From the NCBI GenBank assembly GCA_037310415.1, contig CP147780.1, forward strand, positions 1,408,001 through 1,472,000: 64,000 nt of DNA. Direction: 5' to 3'. The translations under genes were made by a program, and so were the position numbers. The DNA comes from Candidatus Atabeyarchaeum deiterrae. Its GTDB lineage: Archaea > Asgardarchaeota > Atabeyarchaeia > Atabeyarchaeales > Atabeyarchaeaceae. The notes below the pieces were generated by a model that saw only the letters and a list, made by a program, of their open reading frames with translations, did not search any database and was not told where the DNA came from. Of the stretch, positions 59,894-64,000 are shown in pieces (position 1 is the stretch's first letter; the number at the start of each line of letters is the position of its first letter).

Positions 59894-61582
59894 TTAGGCG
59901 CGTGCAATCACAAAGTGCTGCCTCTTCACAGGCATTTTCTCACGTCTGACTTCTTTGATTGCAGCCACGAGGACCGGCAGAACGACTCCTGCAATCAAGA
60001 GCATAATAAGAGAGAGAACTAGGTACGCAAGAGCAAGATCAGTTGATCCCTGAGGACCTGGACTAGGAGGACTGGGTGTTGTCCATCTAACTTCTATCGT
60101 GACTGACTGGTTGCTGTGCACAACGCGTGCTGTCAACATCTTGGTACCGTTGTCATAGCCCCAACTGGACATCCCGCTAGTGGTATTTGGAGCTCCTCTG
60201 TTGGCGCAGTAGACCTGAATCGTGCTAGTAGTTCCGTTAGGAGCCTTGACTACGATCGACAGATAGGTGTCGTTGAGAAATGGAGCATGAGTAATGCTTG
60301 CATTCCATGTTTGTAGATGCATGCCGTTCGGAAAACTCCAGTTCCTGAGCCCGTGATCTAGCCATATGTCATCGAAAGTCTGACCATTCAGATCCTTAGC
60401 TTCGAGGTACAATGTGTCGTTGGCGAAAAGCGTTGCCAACACGAAGTGATAGGTCTTGCTACCGTAAGCGCTGTACGGTTGGCTATAGTAGTCATGCAGG
60501 GGGGCTCCCCATCCTCCAGATGTAAGGTAGAGCGTCCCGTTCTTGTAGGAGGACACGACAGAGTTGTTGCTCATCGGTTTGGTTCGATGATAGTAGTGTG
60601 AATGCCCCTGAACAACAACATCCACATGGTACTTGCTGAAAATCGGCACCCAATACTGTTGTAGGTCTGTTGCATTCGAGTGTCCACCTGCGTAATAGAC
60701 GTTGCGATGAAACATTACGATTTTCCACATCGAGCTTGGAGTCGAAGAAAGCACACTTTCAACCCAATTAGCCTGATCGACTGCAATTTGAGATGGAGAG
60801 GCTTCGCTATTCATTACTATGATTCGCAGTTTCGAACCATAATCATAGTAATACCATTGTTCGTTCCCGGGCAAGGGAAACTGCTCATAGTAATTCGTTG
60901 AGTTCACTTCGTGGTTACCAAGGCATGGGATAACTGGAATCGTGAGTCCGTTTTGGTCTACCCAATTCGTCTGAACATCGGAAAACCAGACGTCCCATTG
61001 TGTCTGATTTGTGCCGTCATCGACCATGTCCCCGCAATGCAGCGCGAAAGAGGGGTTGAAGTGATTCATCGCCTGCGAAACCTGAGTGCGGACAGCTACG
61101 TTGGCTCTAGAATCCCCTCCAATTACGAATCTCAGAGTAGTGGCATAAGAGGATGATGTCCCAAAAGAACGTTCAGTGCTGTAGTTACCTGGTCCTCCAC
61201 AGATGAAGAAGTACACCGTGCTGGAAGTAAGACCCATGAGTTCAACGTCATGTATGTAGCCGGAAGCGCCTGCATAAGTATGGTGGATCCCTGTAGAATT
61301 GAACTCGTACAAAGATGGGATTCCTCCCCGTGCGACAATGTCGTAAAGGACAAGGTCGCCCGAGGAGGGAAATGTTGTCTGCCAAGTCACGGTTATCGTA
61401 GAAGTAGGATCTCCTGGATAGGTTAAGTGAATGCTTAATGGATCATCAGTGCCGGGGCCAAGAAGATGAGTCGTGACCTGTGTAATCGGGATATTGGAAG
61501 GGTGAAACGAGATGGAGACGAAAGAAATAACGGCAAGCAATGCAAGTGCAGCTATTCGACATTTCATCACCTGTAGCCTCAC
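59894..61582 (-). CDS. Membrane-anchored secreted purple acid phosphatase-like metallophosphoesterase
   Basis: Signal peptide, FN3-like N-domain, GGDS, GDMVD, GNHE, MFH and GHSH motifs, Pro linker and C-terminal TM. Confidence 0.88.
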   Translation of the reverse strand: MRLQVMKCRIAALALLAVISFVSISFHPSNIPITQVTTHLLGPGTDDPLSIHLTYPGDPTSTITVTWQTTFPSSGDLVLYDIVARGGIPSLYEFNSTGIHHTYAGASGYIHDVELMGLTSSTVYFFICGGPGNYSTERSFGTSSSYATTLRFVIGGDSRANVAVRTQVSQAMNHFNPSFALHCGDMVDDGTNQTQWDVWFSDVQTNWVDQNGLTIPVIPCLGNHEVNSTNYYEQFPLPGNEQWYYYDYGSKLRIIVMNSEASPSQIAVDQANWVESVLSSTPSSMWKIVMFHRNVYYAGGHSNATDLQQYWVPIFSKYHVDVVVQGHSHYYHRTKPMSNNSVVSSYKNGTLYLTSGGWGAPLHDYYSQPYSAYGSKTYHFVLATLFANDTLYLEAKDLNGQTFDDIWLDHGLRNWSFPNGMHLQTWNASITHAPFLNDTYLSIVVKAPNGTTSTIQVYCANRGAPNTTSGMSSWGYDNGTKMLTARVVHSNQSVTIEVRWTTPSPPSPGPQGSTDLALAYLVLSLIMLLIAGVVLPVLVAAIKEVRREKMPVKRQHFVIARA

Positions 61583-61649
61583 CTAGAGATATGTTCTGAA
61601 AAAAGTCCCAACTACACCCTTTCACATAGGAAATCTCTAACCCCGCTGA

Positions 61650-63206
61650 TTAATCTTGTTGTAAGTATACGATCTTCCCGTCGAATACTGTCAGCGAAAC
61701 TTGGATATCTTTTATTAGGTCAGGACTCCTATATGGATCCTTGGACAACGCCACCATATCAGCCAGTTTTCCAGGTTCGATTGATCCTTTCAAGTCTTCC
61801 TCGAATGAAGCGTATGCAGCATTCTTCGTGTAGCACTTGATCGCTTCATGAACCTTAATTCTCTGGGATTTCATGGGGGCATTCACGGCCCAGTGGATTC
61901 CGTAGAGCGGAGAGAAAGGCATGCAATCTGAACCGAATGCGATCATACCACCCTCGTCTATGATCTTTCTATAAGGGTTGTTCTGCTCAACCCAATACCT
62001 GCCAAGCCTCTTCTCATACATGCCGCCGGGCAGTCCCCATTCGCCTATGAAGTTTGGTTGCATGGACGCAACCACATCAAGTTTCACGGCTTTGGAGATC
62101 TGCTCATCTGTAACTAATTCCATATGCTCCAATCTGTGTCGGTGGTTCTCTCTCGGATTCCTCTTACTCGTGTTCTCGATTGCGCGCATAACCAATTCAA
62201 TGCCTCTGTCGCCGATCGCGTGAATCGCAACCTGAATCACTTTTTTGTGGGCTCTTACAACAATATCTTGAAGTCTGTCCTTTTCGAACATGAGGATTCC
62301 CTTGTTGCCAGGTTCATCCACAAACTCTCCGCTCAGCGCTGCGGTCCTTGACCCAATTGAGCCGTCAGCAAAAAGTTTTAGTGCACCAAGCTTGAGCTTA
62401 TCGTTTCCGAATCCAGTCGAAAGACCGAGCTTAAGAACGCTCTCAAGAAGTTCTTCCTTGAAATTGAGGTAGACTCTGACCTTCAACTTATTTGCTTTTA
62501 ACGCGGAAAGATACGTTGAGATTTCATTGGATGAGACGGTGTCATGCACTGAAGTCACACCAAGCATGTGAGCATGATCGGTAGCCTTCTGCAAGGCGTT
62601 CATCATAGTCTCCGGGTCAGCAGGCGAGAGAGATCTTACATAATCTGCTGCCTCTTCTTTCAGTACTCCCGTTGGCTCGCCACGTTTGTCAACTTCGACT
62701 CCTCGTTTGCCCCTAGGTATCTTAACAAGTTCGAGTAAAGTCGAGTTGACTGATATCATGTGCCCGTCCATTCTGACGAGAACAACTGGGTGGTTTGTTG
62801 TGACAGTATCCAAGTCACTTCTGGTAATATATCGCATCTCAGACCACTTGCTCTCATCCCAGTTAACTCCAACAACGAATTGGCCTTTGGGAGTTCTTGA
62901 TGCACGTTCCCTGACCGTTTCAAGTGCATCGGAGAGAGACTTAGCCTCTCTCAGGTCAATCATGTCGAATGTTAACCCCATCTGAATAAAATGTGTGTGA
63001 GCATCAATGAAACCAGGCAGAAGCACCTTGCCGTCTAAATCAACCACCTGCGTCGAGCCACCAACAAGCTTCCCAGCTTCCTCGCTCGTCCCAACGAACG
63101 CAATCCTATTCCCAGAGACAGCGACCGCTTCTGCGTGAGTATCTCCCTCATCAAACGTGATTACTTTGCCATTTAGGAGAACTAGGCTCAATTCCTGTGA
63201 CTTCAA
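61650..63206 (-). CDS. Amidohydrolase-3 (YtcJ-like)
   Basis: PGFIDAHTH, KLFADGSIG, HAIGD, RLEH, FGSD and GKLAD motifs. Confidence 0.92.
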   Translation of the reverse strand: MKSQELSLVLLNGKVITFDEGDTHAEAVAVSGNRIAFVGTSEEAGKLVGGSTQVVDLDGKVLLPGFIDAHTHFIQMGLTFDMIDLREAKSLSDALETVRERASRTPKGQFVVGVNWDESKWSEMRYITRSDLDTVTTNHPVVLVRMDGHMISVNSTLLELVKIPRGKRGVEVDKRGEPTGVLKEEAADYVRSLSPADPETMMNALQKATDHAHMLGVTSVHDTVSSNEISTYLSALKANKLKVRVYLNFKEELLESVLKLGLSTGFGNDKLKLGALKLFADGSIGSRTAALSGEFVDEPGNKGILMFEKDRLQDIVVRAHKKVIQVAIHAIGDRGIELVMRAIENTSKRNPRENHRHRLEHMELVTDEQISKAVKLDVVASMQPNFIGEWGLPGGMYEKRLGRYWVEQNNPYRKIIDEGGMIAFGSDCMPFSPLYGIHWAVNAPMKSQRIKVHEAIKCYTKNAAYASFEEDLKGSIEPGKLADMVALSKDPYRSPDLIKDIQVSLTVFDGKIVYLQQD

Positions 63207-63350
63207 TTTGCCAACCGTCTCCCAAACCTTCGATTCCTTCCAAAGGCGAATCGTTAACCAAATGTTTCATTACAATTCCGAGTCAAGGGAGCGATAATCG
63301 CATCAGAGTCAAGGAAGTTATTTATAAGACTCCTTATTACACTTGCTTTT

Positions 63351-63875
63351 ATGACCCAAAGACCAGAAAAGGAACACGTAATCTCAGCGGCACTGATATT
63401 GGGTATTCTCTATTTTTCATTTATGATACTGGACAGGGTCCTATCCGTAATCTATGGGTTCAATTTTCAACCCTTCGGGTCTTACATGCCTACCGGATTC
63501 ACGATCTGGGGACACCTTTTCGACGCCTCACTGCAAGCGGTCGGTCTGTACCTAGTATTCAGACTATATGACTTCGGAGAAGTGAGAAACAGAAAGTCTC
63601 TGCAAGTCCTAGCTCTGGTCATCTACTTAGCGATCGGTGCGGTAATTCCGTATCTGAATGATTCAGCGTACATAGTTAGCAGAGGAATGGGAAGCACAGT
63701 TCCAGTATACATTGTTCTTGTTGACTTGTACTTCTTCTCATGGGGTCTATTGACGTTCAGATTGGCTAGACCTATCAAGAACAGAGCGGTAATATTAGGA
63801 GCAGCATTCACCATATTCCTCGTAATACATTTTGTCATATATGCTCCGATGTTTCCAGAGTTTTACTGGAGCTGA
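63351..63875 (+). CDS. Hypothetical membrane protein (about 5 TM)
   Basis: Hydrophobic segments; TTTATAA TATA-like box about 30 nt upstream, suggesting a near-leaderless transcript. Confidence 0.75.
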   Translation: MTQRPEKEHVISAALILGILYFSFMILDRVLSVIYGFNFQPFGSYMPTGFTIWGHLFDASLQAVGLYLVFRLYDFGEVRNRKSLQVLALVIYLAIGAVIPYLNDSAYIVSRGMGSTVPVYIVLVDLYFFSWGLLTFRLARPIKNRAVILGAAFTIFLVIHFVIYAPMFPEFYWS

Positions 63876-63889
63876 ACCCGATCGATGAA

Positions 63890-64000
63890 TCAATCATCGA
63901 GAGCATTAGACACCTTCAGTCCCATTCTTTCGGCAGAGTGGAGAAATTCTCTGATTTTGGCTAACGTGAAGCCTTCTGCTCCCCACTCCAACTGGGGCAA
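63890..64000 (-). CDS. Possible 3' end of a gene entering from beyond the window
   Basis: Open frame LPQLEWGAEGFTLAKIREFLHSAERMGLKVSNALDD*; too short to identify. Confidence 0.35.
   Translation of the reverse strand: MPQLEWGAEGFTLAKIREFLHSAERMGLKVSNALDD

Noticed and set aside
63882-63900. 7-bp inverted repeat (tcgatga..tcatcga) between convergent genes
   Set aside because: Short, no U-tract, and it overlaps a probable stop codon; could be chance.
1-64000. tRNA, rRNA, CRISPR arrays, provirus hallmarks
   Set aside because: No T-loop/cloverleaf, regularly spaced repeats, integrase or capsid genes were noticed by eye; a computational scan could still find small RNAs.

Overview
A gene-dense, moderate-GC archaeal window, most likely from an Asgard archaeon. 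That assignment is inferred from an Arf/Rab-like small GTPase next to a longin/uDENN-type plus tandem winged-helix protein, large TM-anchored surface proteins rich in N-glycosylation sequons, and archaeal TATA, SD and oligo-T signals. Metabolic genes: a four-gene group 3b [NiFe]-hydrogenase operon, a tungsten-type AOR, beta-oxidation-type enzymes (two thiolases, SDR, crotonase), a sugar-catabolic set (2-hydroxyacid dehydrogenase, LsrK-like FGGY kinase, MFS, class II aldolase) and TrpB2. Bacterial-type DNA repair genes are present (uvrA, uvrB, fpg/mutM, ycaQ/alkZ-like). There is one TnpB-only IS200/IS605-family element whose two ends can be read from the sequence (50576-51921). Three genes are broken: a GNAT with an in-frame TAA, a frameshifted MBL hydrolase and a ferredoxin-domain remnant. 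The best novelty candidates are (i) the GTPase / NPRL2-like longin-wHTH / giant surface-protein trio, (ii) an un-called 51-aa membrane peptide plus a membrane polyferredoxin that both appear to have lost their family cysteines, and (iii) the TnpB element with a predictable TAM and guide. No rRNA, tRNA or CRISPR array was recognised. All family calls come from motif recognition by eye, not from database searches.
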